From sequence record MW602648.1: a DNA stretch of 57,011 nt. The stretch is one strand, 5' to 3'. Below, piece after piece: positions 1 to 7,399 of this stretch (the stretch's first letter is position 1; each line of letters starts with the position of its first letter). The position numbers and the translations under genes were made by a program. The notes beneath the pieces are model-generated. The model was not told the origin of the DNA. It saw nothing but the letters and a program-made list of their open reading frames with translations, and ran no database searches. This stretch comes from Escherichia phage vB_EcoM_fHy-Eco03.

Positions 1-45
1 GGCGCAAAAAGAAAAAAAGCCGGATTGCTTTTGAAATTATAGACA

Positions 46-74
46 TTTACACAAGTCTTAAACTATGTTACAAT
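46..74 (+). promoter_or_regulatory. Sigma70-like promoter (TTTACA-N17-TGtTACAAT) in terminal repeat
   Basis: TTTACA at 46..51, 17-bp spacer, TACAAT at 69..74 preceded by TG at 66..67; about 40 bp upstream of the ATG at 114. Duplicate at 53358..53386. Confidence 0.5.
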
Positions 75-113
75 AGTTATTATTTACAATGTTAAGCACA
101 ATAGGAATTCATC

Positions 114-311
114 ATGAGCTATACTGACCAACAAATTGACACAGCAGCGGTTTTATTGGCACAAGAGGTAGATTTATTGCATTCTTTGATGAATGCTAGT
201 CATGATAGAGCTGAAACTATCAAGAATCAGATACGGGAAATTTGGTCTCAGCAGGTCAGCAACGGTGTATCTTTGGACTTTTTGGTGTGCCGCCTGAGAG
301 GTCAACTGTAA
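114..311 (+). CDS. Hypothetical protein (65 aa)
   Basis: ATG ORF with AGGAA 6 nt upstream; stop overlaps the next start (TAATG). Confidence 0.5.
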   Translation: MSYTDQQIDTAAVLLAQEVDLLHSLMNASHDRAETIKNQIREIWSQQVSNGVSLDFLVCRLRGQL

Positions 312-736
312 TGGTAAACATAAGAAGCAAGGGCCAGAACTTTGAGCGTAAAATGTCGAAAATGTTCAATGAATCGTTCGGGTTATCTACTGAGAGAAAT
401 CTCCAGCAATCTATAAACGGTGGAGATGATTTGATGGGAGTCCCGTTCTTCAGCGTTGAGCTCAAGAAGCACAACACCAAAGCTATCGGGACTTGGTGGA
501 AGCAATGTGCGGAATCAGCACGGCGTCAAAGCAAGATGCCAGTGCTAATCTATGAGATGCCACGGCAAAAGCCCACTGTCGTGATGAGAATTGAGGACGT
601 CAGTCAAGCTTTGGCTGAGGCACCACTGTTGCCAGCGGCTAGTAACAGGCTCTTTGTGGGCTTGGTGGAATTAACATGGGAACAATTTTGCCGGGTCTAC
701 AACTTTTACGTTGCGCCCGGCGTCGAGGTTGCTTAG
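311..736 (+). CDS. Putative PD-(D/E)xK-family nuclease (141 aa)
   Basis: ATG at 311 overlaps the upstream stop. Motif GGDDLMGVPFFSVELKK (D...ELK) resembles the PD-(D/E)xK nuclease signature. Track ORF 242..736 is the same frame with an upstream start. Confidence 0.4.
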   Translation: MVNIRSKGQNFERKMSKMFNESFGLSTERNLQQSINGGDDLMGVPFFSVELKKHNTKAIGTWWKQCAESARRQSKMPVLIYEMPRQKPTVVMRIEDVSQALAEAPLLPAASNRLFVGLVELTWEQFCRVYNFYVAPGVEVA

Positions 737-774
737 GTTGATGCTTGCATCAACACCAGTCAACTGTAGTTGAC
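737..774. terminator. Two adjacent hairpins between convergent genes
   Basis: GTTGATG-cttg-CATCAAC (737..754) and GTCAAC-tgta-GTTGAC (759..774), between the + gene ending at 736 and the - gene ending at 777; no clear U-run. Confidence 0.3.
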
Positions 775-776
775 AC

Positions 777-962
777 TTAGTCTTGTTTCAACTCATCGCA
801 GATAACGCGTTGATTTTGAGCTGGTACAAACCCGAGTTCGAGCAAAGTGTAAGGACTATCGGCGACGCATTGTTCAATGGTAGTCCATTCAGTTTTGGAT
901 TCAATAATTTTGTAACTACAATCATGAGTAGCCACACATGTTGCCAGGATTAAGCCAATCAC
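777..962 (-). CDS. Hypothetical protein (61 aa, GTG start)
   Basis: GTG start overlaps the upstream stop (GTGA); GAAGGAG Shine-Dalgarno upstream. Confidence 0.45.
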   Translation of the reverse strand: MIGLILATCVATHDCSYKIIESKTEWTTIEQCVADSPYTLLELGFVPAQNQRVICDELKQD

Positions 963-1138
963 AAGTAATCTCCTTCAACCAGAAACTCAAACAATTGGTT
1001 GTAAACGTTGCAACCCTTAGCGAAAGAGCTTTCAGCAGGTTTACCATCGCGGACGATCATCATATATTCACCGCCATGAATATCCACCCAGTATTGCATG
1101 CCACCCTTGACAGGGTTACGTTGTAAGAATTTAAACAT
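959..1138 (-). CDS. Hypothetical protein (59 aa), absent from the ORF track
   Basis: Hand-translated: MFKFLQRNPVKGG...VEGDYL. AAGGAG 7 nt upstream of the ATG; start overlaps the upstream stop (TAATG) and stop overlaps the downstream GTG. Confidence 0.5.
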   Translation of the reverse strand: MFKFLQRNPVKGGMQYWVDIHGGEYMMIVRDGKPAESSFAKGCNVYNQLFEFLVEGDYL

Positions 1139-1383
1139 TATTTGCTCCTTACTCCAAGTTTATTCAATAACCACACTGTCATGTCAACCCAGGTTAACGG
1201 TACAGTTTTCGGGGGTTGATAAGACCAGCACTTTCCAGCTCTTTCCGCAATTTCTTCGCGCCTTGCCGCTTGGCGTAATACTGCATCGTCAGAAGTGCCG
1301 GCAGAAAAAATATCGGCAATACCAGATAAATCGCCTCGATGAACACGTCCAGCAAGTTCATGCAGTTGCTCCTCAGAAAACAT
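1138..1383 (-). CDS. Hypothetical protein (81 aa)
   Basis: ATG start overlaps the stop of the upstream small ORF (ATGTTTTCTGA); part of the coupled leftward array. Confidence 0.5.
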   Translation of the reverse strand: MFSEEQLHELAGRVHRGDLSGIADIFSAGTSDDAVLRQAARREEIAERAGKCWSYQPPKTVPLTWVDMTVWLLNKLGVRSK

Positions 1384-1492
1384 AAGACAACACCATTAGA
1401 ATGATGATAAAGACAGCAACGGCTTTCGCCATGCCACGAGATTCATTATACACCGGATTTTCAGTGGTGTACTCAACAACATGCTTTTTCAT
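1373..1492 (-). CDS. Small hydrophobic protein (39 aa), absent from the ORF track
   Basis: Hand-translated: MKKHVVEYTTENPVYNESRGMAKAVAVFIIILMVLSYVF. GGAGG Shine-Dalgarno upstream; hydrophobic C-terminal half suggests a membrane segment. Confidence 0.45.
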   Translation of the reverse strand: MKKHVVEYTTENPVYNESRGMAKAVAVFIIILMVLSYVF

Positions 1493-1549
1493 ACAACCTC
1501 CAGTGTGAGAAATATCAATTGATGGCACCCGCAGATGCCATCTCAGATA

Positions 1550-2122
1550 TTACTCGCCTTCAGTCTCAGATTTTTCTTCAGTCTGAGGTGCTGCGGCTTC
1601 GTAGACCGTCTTACCATCAGTGATTTTACCGGATTTAACATCGTTACGGTAATAACTCATGTAAGACTGTACAACACGTTTTGATTTAACATCATCTTCA
1701 GCCATTTCACAGGCTTTCATGGCATCCGCAAGAGCGAGTTTTGAATCGTCTTTGTCTGCCAAGTTGTAATCTTTGAAGACCGCGTAACAAGTATCTTTGG
1801 TACTCGGTCCTGAAGATTTACGAGTACAACCAGTTGAACCGGAACGACTAGCTTTCTTCACTTCAACATGCTCAACCTCAAGACTTTCAAGTGCCTTATA
1901 CAAAGCAGGCACCAGAACATCCTTGCTGTCTTTGTGGGTGACAGATGCTTCATCATCAAGACTTTTAATCATCTTGACCAGTTGAGCATTTTGGAACTCT
2001 TTGAGAGCGCCTTTCTCAACAACGATGCAACTCATCATGCCTTCCATTGACAGACCATCTTTGATGCCTTCAACAGAAAAAGCGGAAGTTAAGTAAACAT
2101 ACTGAGTGATAGAATTTTCCAT
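1550..2122 (-). CDS. Hypothetical early protein (190 aa)
   Basis: Long ORF with AAGAGGA Shine-Dalgarno upstream; largest ORF in the terminal repeat. Confidence 0.6.
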   Translation of the reverse strand: MENSITQYVYLTSAFSVEGIKDGLSMEGMMSCIVVEKGALKEFQNAQLVKMIKSLDDEASVTHKDSKDVLVPALYKALESLEVEHVEVKKASRSGSTGCTRKSSGPSTKDTCYAVFKDYNLADKDDSKLALADAMKACEMAEDDVKSKRVVQSYMSYYRNDVKSGKITDGKTVYEAAAPQTEEKSETEGE

Positions 2123-2252
2123 GATTTTGTCCTCTTGTTTGTGGTTGACATCATTATAATGTCATGACTTCAGTTGTTTGTACATCTCAAATCACACATT
2201 TTTGTGCAATTTTTATCATGCGGTACGAATTATACCGCATTGTAAAAATTAC

Positions 2253-2453
2253 TCAAGAAATAATTACCTCAGTAACTACTACAGTGTTAGCAGTCACTAA
2301 TGTCAAAACTTTACCAGCTTTTGACCTCACAGCTTTCAACCGTAATTGTGACTGTGTGTAATTATTCCACTCTTCATCACTGAGCACGGTCCTGGTAACT
2401 TCAGGTCGTTCATCTTTGCCAAGCTTCACTACTGTAACTTTGATTAATGGCAT
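2253..2453 (-). CDS. Hypothetical protein (66 aa)
   Basis: ORF packed 4 nt after the upstream gene. Confidence 0.45.
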   Translation of the reverse strand: MPLIKVTVVKLGKDERPEVTRTVLSDEEWNNYTQSQLRLKAVRSKAGKVLTLVTANTVVVTEVIIS

Positions 2454-2456
2454 TGC

Positions 2457-2684
2457 TTAAACCTCAAATTTTGATTCGTCATATTCAGGGTCAGTCACAT
2501 CACGAGTGACACAATTTTGGAGTGCAGTCCAGTATTTTTGGACTTCAGCACCCTCCATGTATAGTGTCCAACCGTGATAGTAACCCTCGAAACTATTCCA
2601 GGTCCGTTCCCAAATCTTTCCGTCTTCGAGCTTATACTCAGTTGGTCTTGAGTCAAACTCACGGATAGTTGTGAATGTTACCAT
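2457..2684 (-). CDS. Hypothetical protein (75 aa)
   Basis: ORF in the coupled leftward array. Confidence 0.45.
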   Translation of the reverse strand: MVTFTTIREFDSRPTEYKLEDGKIWERTWNSFEGYYHGWTLYMEGAEVQKYWTALQNCVTRDVTDPEYDESKFEV

Positions 2685-2753
2685 GCGTTGTTACGCCTCT
2701 GTTGAATAATTTCAATCATGAACTATCACAACTTTGATAGTTCATTGTTGAAA

Positions 2754-2933
2754 CTATTGTAACTTTGTACTAATTTGAATTGTCAATCTAAACTCTTCAA
2801 GTAAGTTATCAATGTTGGATTTATCTTCCACAGCGGTAGAAATTTGATCACTTACAATTTGAGCATTTGACTCAAGAAGTTCAATCAAATGTGTCAATTC
2901 GTCTGCTGTCAATGTCAATTCTTTCATCATCAT
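2754..2933 (-). CDS. Hypothetical acidic protein (59 aa), absent from the ORF track
   Basis: Hand-translated: MMMKELTLTADELTHLIELLESNAQIV... Start overlaps the stop of the upstream ORF (ATGATGA). Confidence 0.4.
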   Translation of the reverse strand: MMMKELTLTADELTHLIELLESNAQIVSDQISTAVEDKSNIDNLLEEFRLTIQISTKLQ

Positions 2934-3100
2934 TCTCCTGAGTTAAATTGTGTGTCAATTTCAATAACTTTGGAACGTACATATTCCAGACAGTCATCAT
3001 AATCGTATGAAGTGTAACTCGGCATTGGAGAATCCAACCCTTCGTTAACATTCCATTCACCTTCATTAACATCAAACCAGATGATTAATTGAGTATGCAT
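2930..3100 (-). CDS. Hypothetical protein (56 aa), absent from the ORF track
   Basis: Hand-translated: MHTQLIIWFDVNEGEWNVNEGLDSPMPSYTSYDYDDCLEYVRSKVIEIDTQFNSGE. AGGAGT Shine-Dalgarno 8 nt upstream of the ATG. Confidence 0.45.
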   Translation of the reverse strand: MHTQLIIWFDVNEGEWNVNEGLDSPMPSYTSYDYDDCLEYVRSKVIEIDTQFNSGE

Positions 3101-3270
3101 TGTTATTACTCCTGTGTTAAGTTGTTTCAGGTGAGACTACTAAACTACTAATAGTCTCTGGATGAAATAACTTCACAGAGAAACAAAACATGTACCAAAT
3201 TGTTAAAGAGCAAAAGACACCATTGACCATCTACCAGATGTGTCTGTTGACTGGTTAAGTACTAACTACA

Positions 3271-3462
3271 CTAAGTAACTACATGCATCCTCCTGAACCG
3301 TTTCTGTGTCAAGTTGTTCAACACATTCAATAAATACATTATGTCAAAGTCCCTGTTGGTTGTACACAATAGAAGTGCAAGTTTGTGCAAGCTTTTAGAA
3401 ATGATAATCATCTGCGGTTGATAGTGATTCTCGTATGCAATTGATATAGTAACGCTCGTCAC
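3271..3462 (-). CDS. Hypothetical protein (GTG start, uncertain)
   Basis: Track ORF; its 5' end overlaps repeat element A, so the start is uncertain. Confidence 0.3.
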   Translation of the reverse strand: MTSVTISIAYENHYQPQMIIISKSLHKLALLLCTTNRDFDIMYLLNVLNNLTQKRFRRMHVVT

Positions 3463-3545
3463 TACTCAGTGTGAAACAGTCGACGGGGGTAAACGTCACA
3501 CACCGGTGCTATATTAGTTCCCCGGCGCAATTTTTATAAAAAATA
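3440..3545. repeat. Imperfect direct repeat element A (about 100 bp)
   Basis: TTGATATAGTAACGCTCGTCACTACTCAGTGTGAAACAGTCGACGGGGGTAAACGTCACACACCGGTGCTATATTAGTTCCCCGGCGCAATTTTTAT aligns with element B 173 bp downstream. Confidence 0.6.
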
Positions 3546-3612
3546 CAATTTCGTTTGTAATCGTAGACATACGGTATAGTTGCGGCCCGGTACCGTCACG
3601 GTGAGTTGTGAT

Positions 3613-3720
3613 TACGATTGTAATGATAACGCACGTTACTATTCACTCTGAAGGGGTGCCGGGGGGTAATTGTCACCTAGGGGTGTTAATTTAAGCCCCG
3701 GCAAATTTTTTATTTTTTTC
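3613..3720. repeat. Imperfect direct repeat element B, spanning the terminal-repeat boundary
   Basis: TTGTAATGATAACGCACGTTACTATTCACTCTGAAGGGGTGCCGGGGGGTAATTGTCACCTAGGGGTGTTAATTTAAGCCCCGGCAAATTTTTTAT; the repeat boundary (3699/3700) falls inside it at CCCC|GGC. Confidence 0.6.
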
Positions 3721-3966
3721 GTCCTTTTTCATCTCAATCACTATCATTATGTGACAATCATCAGGTCACTGTACAATACCGTATACAATAAGCTTCACAA
3801 TCGCAATTGACTCTCCTCCATACAACAAAAGGCCCTCCAAAATTTTTTTATATCTTCCGTACCGAATATAGACACCTCTAAAAAGTGGTGTACTTTTCCA
3901 CCACTGCACGCTATCATTATTAGTAACTTCAACGGACTTCGGTCCTTCATATTGTGGGTTATATAA

Positions 3967-4461
3967 ATGGAAATTCAACAGCTTCTGCCATATCCGTACT
4001 ATATAGCTTGTGTCTTCAACCGAGCACAATACGATGAGCTTCGTGCTCAATTCAACTTACCAAGCTTTGGCTACTGGGAAGACCCAGAAGAAGAATGGCC
4101 AGTGGCTTCTGCATCATTCCTTGCACGCAAGGAACACCCTCGTAAACTGGGTATCATGTGCTTTTATGACAAGGATTTTGACATCTGCTCTGTAGCCCAC
4201 GAAGGTGTGCACATAATGTCTGACCTGATGCATCGCCTCGGCATTACCTACGACCCGTTAAACGACGAGCCGTATGCTTATCAGCTCGAGCAAATCATGT
4301 ACTTCGCACGGCATAAATACAACGAGCTTCACAGCGCTATTGAGCACGTTGAAAAGGCTGTTATTGACACAGGTAATCACCCTTTAGTGCTTGAACAGCC
4401 TCAAAATCAGCTCAATATGCTAAATTCGGCCCCTTCAACTGGCTTTCTGGACGGCAAATAA
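3967..4461 (+). CDS. Hypothetical protein with HExxH motif (164 aa)
   Basis: ORF containing HEGVH; first rightward gene after the terminal repeat. A metallopeptidase-like function is speculative. Confidence 0.4.
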   Translation: MEIQQLLPYPYYIACVFNRAQYDELRAQFNLPSFGYWEDPEEEWPVASASFLARKEHPRKLGIMCFYDKDFDICSVAHEGVHIMSDLMHRLGITYDPLNDEPYAYQLEQIMYFARHKYNELHSAIEHVEKAVIDTGNHPLVLEQPQNQLNMLNSAPSTGFLDGK

Positions 4462-4697
4462 TGACTGTAGTTGCACCTGTAAAACGCGAAGTCACTGTAC
4501 ACTACACAGTGCGCATAACTATACCGCGTATTAAAGACCAAGGGCTTCAGCGCGAAGTCATTGATACATGGGCCAAATTCTCCGTCCGGGCAGACCAGAA
4601 GCTTGACGAGGATAAAGCCAGGGCTATCCTGGAAGAGCGTTATATCAATAAACTGGGTGCAACCCACTTCAAATGGCTTAAATTTAAGGTAAAATGA
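4461..4697 (+). CDS. Hypothetical protein (78 aa)
   Basis: ORF coupled to the flanking genes. Confidence 0.4.
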   Translation: MTVVAPVKREVTVHYTVRITIPRIKDQGLQREVIDTWAKFSVRADQKLDEDKARAILEERYINKLGATHFKWLKFKVK

Positions 4698-5368
4698 TGA
4701 TTAATATCATGTTTGCTATGGGCAAAAACGGAGAATTCGGCCGTTCGCTGGAACTCCATAAATCGATTGTTGCCCAGTCTACTGACGAAGAGCTTCGCGC
4801 GCTTCCTAAAAATGGTCTCCCTTGGGTTTGTCGACCTGACATGCTCTTTTTCAGGACTATGACTAATGGTATTGCTTCCGATACAGGCTATAACGCATTT
4901 GAGCAGCTCCGCGGTCAATTTCCCAGCCAGCAGGTAAGCTCGGTAATCAATAACGCAGCCGGAGAGACATCCCAACACAACGTAATATTGGCAGGACGCA
5001 AAACCTGGTTGCAGATGAGCTTACCGCCTTCTCGCTATCGCACCTTTTTGCCCGTCAGCAGACAAGTATTCAAGGATAACGCTTTCTTGACGCTTGCTGA
5101 TATGTGCAAACACTGTGAAGACGCCGGAAATGACGTCTGGATTGTGGGTGGCAAGGAATTGATTATGTCAGCGCTGGTCGAGCACTCGCTGGGTGACCTC
5201 CGTGTTGACAACATGTTCATCAGTACAATAGCCAATGCGGGTCCGAGTGACATCCTACTGGACCGAGAAAAAATAATGGCGTACATAGATAGTGACTTCG
5301 CGTATAATGATGAATATGCTGAAAACAACGAAGTACTCATCCAACGATTTAGAGGCAAACACAAATGA
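4694..5368 (+). CDS. Dihydrofolate reductase-like protein
   Basis: DHFR-like motifs recalled from E. coli FolA and T4 Frd: LPW...FF..T, ILAGRKTW...LP..R, VWIVGGKELI. Carries insertions; not aligned. Confidence 0.5.
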   Translation: MMINIMFAMGKNGEFGRSLELHKSIVAQSTDEELRALPKNGLPWVCRPDMLFFRTMTNGIASDTGYNAFEQLRGQFPSQQVSSVINNAAGETSQHNVILAGRKTWLQMSLPPSRYRTFLPVSRQVFKDNAFLTLADMCKHCEDAGNDVWIVGGKELIMSALVEHSLGDLRVDNMFISTIANAGPSDILLDREKIMAYIDSDFAYNDEYAENNEVLIQRFRGKHK

Positions 5369-5871
5369 ACATCATAGTTGAGGGACCTGACAATGCTGGT
5401 AAATCTACACTTATTAAGTTCCTTGAATCTAATTTGCGCCGCAGTGTTATTCATAATACTGTTGACAAGGATTCGACATCGGTTCTGGGTAAACAAGCTC
5501 AAGAATTATCGCTTGAAGGTAACATTATTTATGACCGCAGCGCTGTTATATCTGAGTATATCTACTGCCTGGTTCTTCAACGTGCGCCTGTAGTCCCTTT
5601 TAATATATCTCATGTAGCAGACTTATGCGATAATGCTATTGTCGTGTTCTGTCTGCCGCCGTTAGATAAGGTTTTGGCCACAACTAAAGACGAAATGCCT
5701 GGTGTGGTCGAAAATCTTGAAAAGCTATATAACCAGTATGACAACTTGATTGATGAGTTAGTTATGATGGGTAAACAGTTCTTTGTATATGACTGGACCA
5801 TTGAAGAAGATGGTGCAGAAGCAGCACTAGAATACATCAATGAACGTAACGATAAGGAGTGGACTAAATGA
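5365..5871 (+). CDS. P-loop deoxynucleoside monophosphate kinase (thymidylate-kinase-like)
   Basis: N-terminal Walker A IVEGPDNAGKST, as in dNMP and thymidylate kinases; size about 168 aa. Confidence 0.5.
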   Translation: MNIIVEGPDNAGKSTLIKFLESNLRRSVIHNTVDKDSTSVLGKQAQELSLEGNIIYDRSAVISEYIYCLVLQRAPVVPFNISHVADLCDNAIVVFCLPPLDKVLATTKDEMPGVVENLEKLYNQYDNLIDELVMMGKQFFVYDWTIEEDGAEAALEYINERNDKEWTK

Positions 5872-6590
5872 CTAATAAAGTAGTTGTGCAAAAGGTTGTA
5901 GGTGAGATTTCTATCCGTTGTGAAGCCTCATCCGACCGCCGCGATGTTAGCATGCAAGACTTGCTGAATATCGCAAATATGGGTACAGGTAACGAAGATA
6001 CAGTGACAGGGCGTGAAGGCGTCAACGTATCTATTACTATGTCTGGACCTGATGCACCTGCTGAACCGCTGTTCACACCAGTAGAAGAGCCTCGTCCACG
6101 TGGTATCAGCTATGGTGCAATCAAAAAAGCTGATGACTTACGACGTGAGCAGGAAATTGAAAAGCTTGCGGTAGAGCGTCGTACAGAAGCAGTAAACATT
6201 TTCCGTCGTCGTTTATACGATGCAATGCACGGTTACGAGATGAATCCTGACGGCTTCAGAGCTGCATTGGAAAATGTTATCTGTTCTGCAGCTGACACTT
6301 ATCGTAGCATGCTTACGTCTGCCGATAAAGACAGAGCTGAACGCGACTTGATGAAAACAAACCTCGGTAAACTGAATACTGAGAACATGGAGTTGCAGCG
6401 GCAGGTAGATGATGCTGTTCGTGCTATGCAAAAACAGGCTGAAGACTTCAACAGACAAGCTGATGTTCATGCACAAACTGTTGATAACATCCTTGCAACG
6501 CGTGTCGCAACAGAAAAAGAGCTTGAAGAAGCTAACCGTAAAATCAAGCGCATGAAAGATTATGCCGTACGTTTGAATAGTATTTGCTAA
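5868..6590 (+). CDS. Hypothetical protein (240 aa)
   Basis: ORF; C-terminal half looks coiled-coil. Confidence 0.45.
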   Translation: MTNKVVVQKVVGEISIRCEASSDRRDVSMQDLLNIANMGTGNEDTVTGREGVNVSITMSGPDAPAEPLFTPVEEPRPRGISYGAIKKADDLRREQEIEKLAVERRTEAVNIFRRRLYDAMHGYEMNPDGFRAALENVICSAADTYRSMLTSADKDRAERDLMKTNLGKLNTENMELQRQVDDAVRAMQKQAEDFNRQADVHAQTVDNILATRVATEKELEEANRKIKRMKDYAVRLNSIC

Positions 6591-6880
6591 TGGACTTATT
6601 CGACTTAGTTGATAACCCACAAGTAGGACAGTCGGCTGAGAAGAAGCCCTTTAACTGGGAAGAGTTCAAAGCTGGCAAACCTGCTATATCTCGCTCAGGT
6701 GAGATAGCTTACTTTGGTGGTGAATACACACATCCCTTGGCAAGTAAGGACCGTTTTATAGCTATCATGACTGTTCCGGACCATGCTATAGTCAAATATG
6801 GTAAAGAAACAATGCCGTACGTGATTGATAATCGTGGTTACTTTGAAGGAATGGCTCCTTTGCTGGTAGAAATGGCATAA
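6584..6880 (+). CDS. Hypothetical protein (98 aa)
   Basis: ORF. Confidence 0.4.
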   Translation: MLMDLFDLVDNPQVGQSAEKKPFNWEEFKAGKPAISRSGEIAYFGGEYTHPLASKDRFIAIMTVPDHAIVKYGKETMPYVIDNRGYFEGMAPLLVEMA

Positions 6881-7016
6881 AACCGGATAAAAATAAGAGT
6901 GTCTAATCACTTCTTCTATATAAGGCGAGTACTTATAAGGATTTAGGCTGTAGACACTCTATCTCACCCTTTTAGACACTCCCATCTTTCACTTCTGCCT
7001 TATTCCTTATATAGCA

Positions 7017-7045
7017 TTTACATTTCCTCAAGTCCTCGTTATAAT
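7017..7045 (+). promoter_or_regulatory. Sigma70-like promoter (TTTACA-N17-TATAAT) upstream of the packaging/head operon
   Basis: TTTACA 7017..7022, 17-bp spacer, TATAAT 7040..7045; ATG of the first structural gene at 7076. Confidence 0.5.
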
Positions 7046-7075
7046 CCGGCATACCGGACCAGCGAGGATTTTTTC

Positions 7076-7399
7076 ATGGCACGAAAACCACAAAAGACAC
7101 GCGATGCCACAGCAGAACTGCTGGCTAGCATGAATCGTATTCAGCTCGACCCGCTTGAAGTTATTGCACGTGCCATCAAACTGGCTGAAGCTGACAGTGA
7201 TTATAAGACTATGATTGACGGTTCACTCGGCATTATGCCGTATATGTACCCTAAATTAAAAGAGTCTGTTGTTAAAGCTGATATTGACCAGACCATTTCT
7301 GGCGGCGGTGTTAACCTTAACATTACAGTCGGCGGTAAGAAAATAGTCGGCGAAGAACCAGAAGAAGAACCTGAGGACGAGGATAATAATGAATCTTGA
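7076..7399 (+). CDS. Putative terminase small subunit
   Basis: 107-aa ORF immediately upstream of, and overlapping, the large terminase; acidic C-terminus. Called by position only. Confidence 0.4.
   Translation: MARKPQKTRDATAELLASMNRIQLDPLEVIARAIKLAEADSDYKTMIDGSLGIMPYMYPKLKESVVKADIDQTISGGGVNLNITVGGKKIVGEEPEEEPEDEDNNES

Larger units (their letters stand above)
1..3699. repeat. Direct terminal repeat, left copy (3,699 bp)
   Basis: Sequence 1..3699 recurs at 53313..57011; every ORF in the track recurs with a constant +53312 offset (e.g. 114->53426, 3462->56774). Window starts and ends exactly at the repeat ends. Confidence 0.95.

Noticed and set aside
938-1385. Plus-strand track ORFs 938..1126 and 1098..1385 in the terminal repeat
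   Set aside because: They are antisense to a chain of minus-strand genes that have Shine-Dalgarno sites and start/stop overlaps; they lack ribosome-binding sites.
2881-3075. Track ORF (64 aa, TTG start) on the minus strand
   Set aside because: It runs in a frame overlapping two better-supported coupled ORFs (2930..3100 with AGGAGT Shine-Dalgarno and ATG; 2754..2933 with ATGATGA overlap); judged a shadow frame.
3766-4050. Minus-strand ORF (94 aa) in the region upstream of the first rightward early gene
   Set aside because: No Shine-Dalgarno site; it overlaps the start of the plus-strand gene at 3967 and lies in the likely promoter region.
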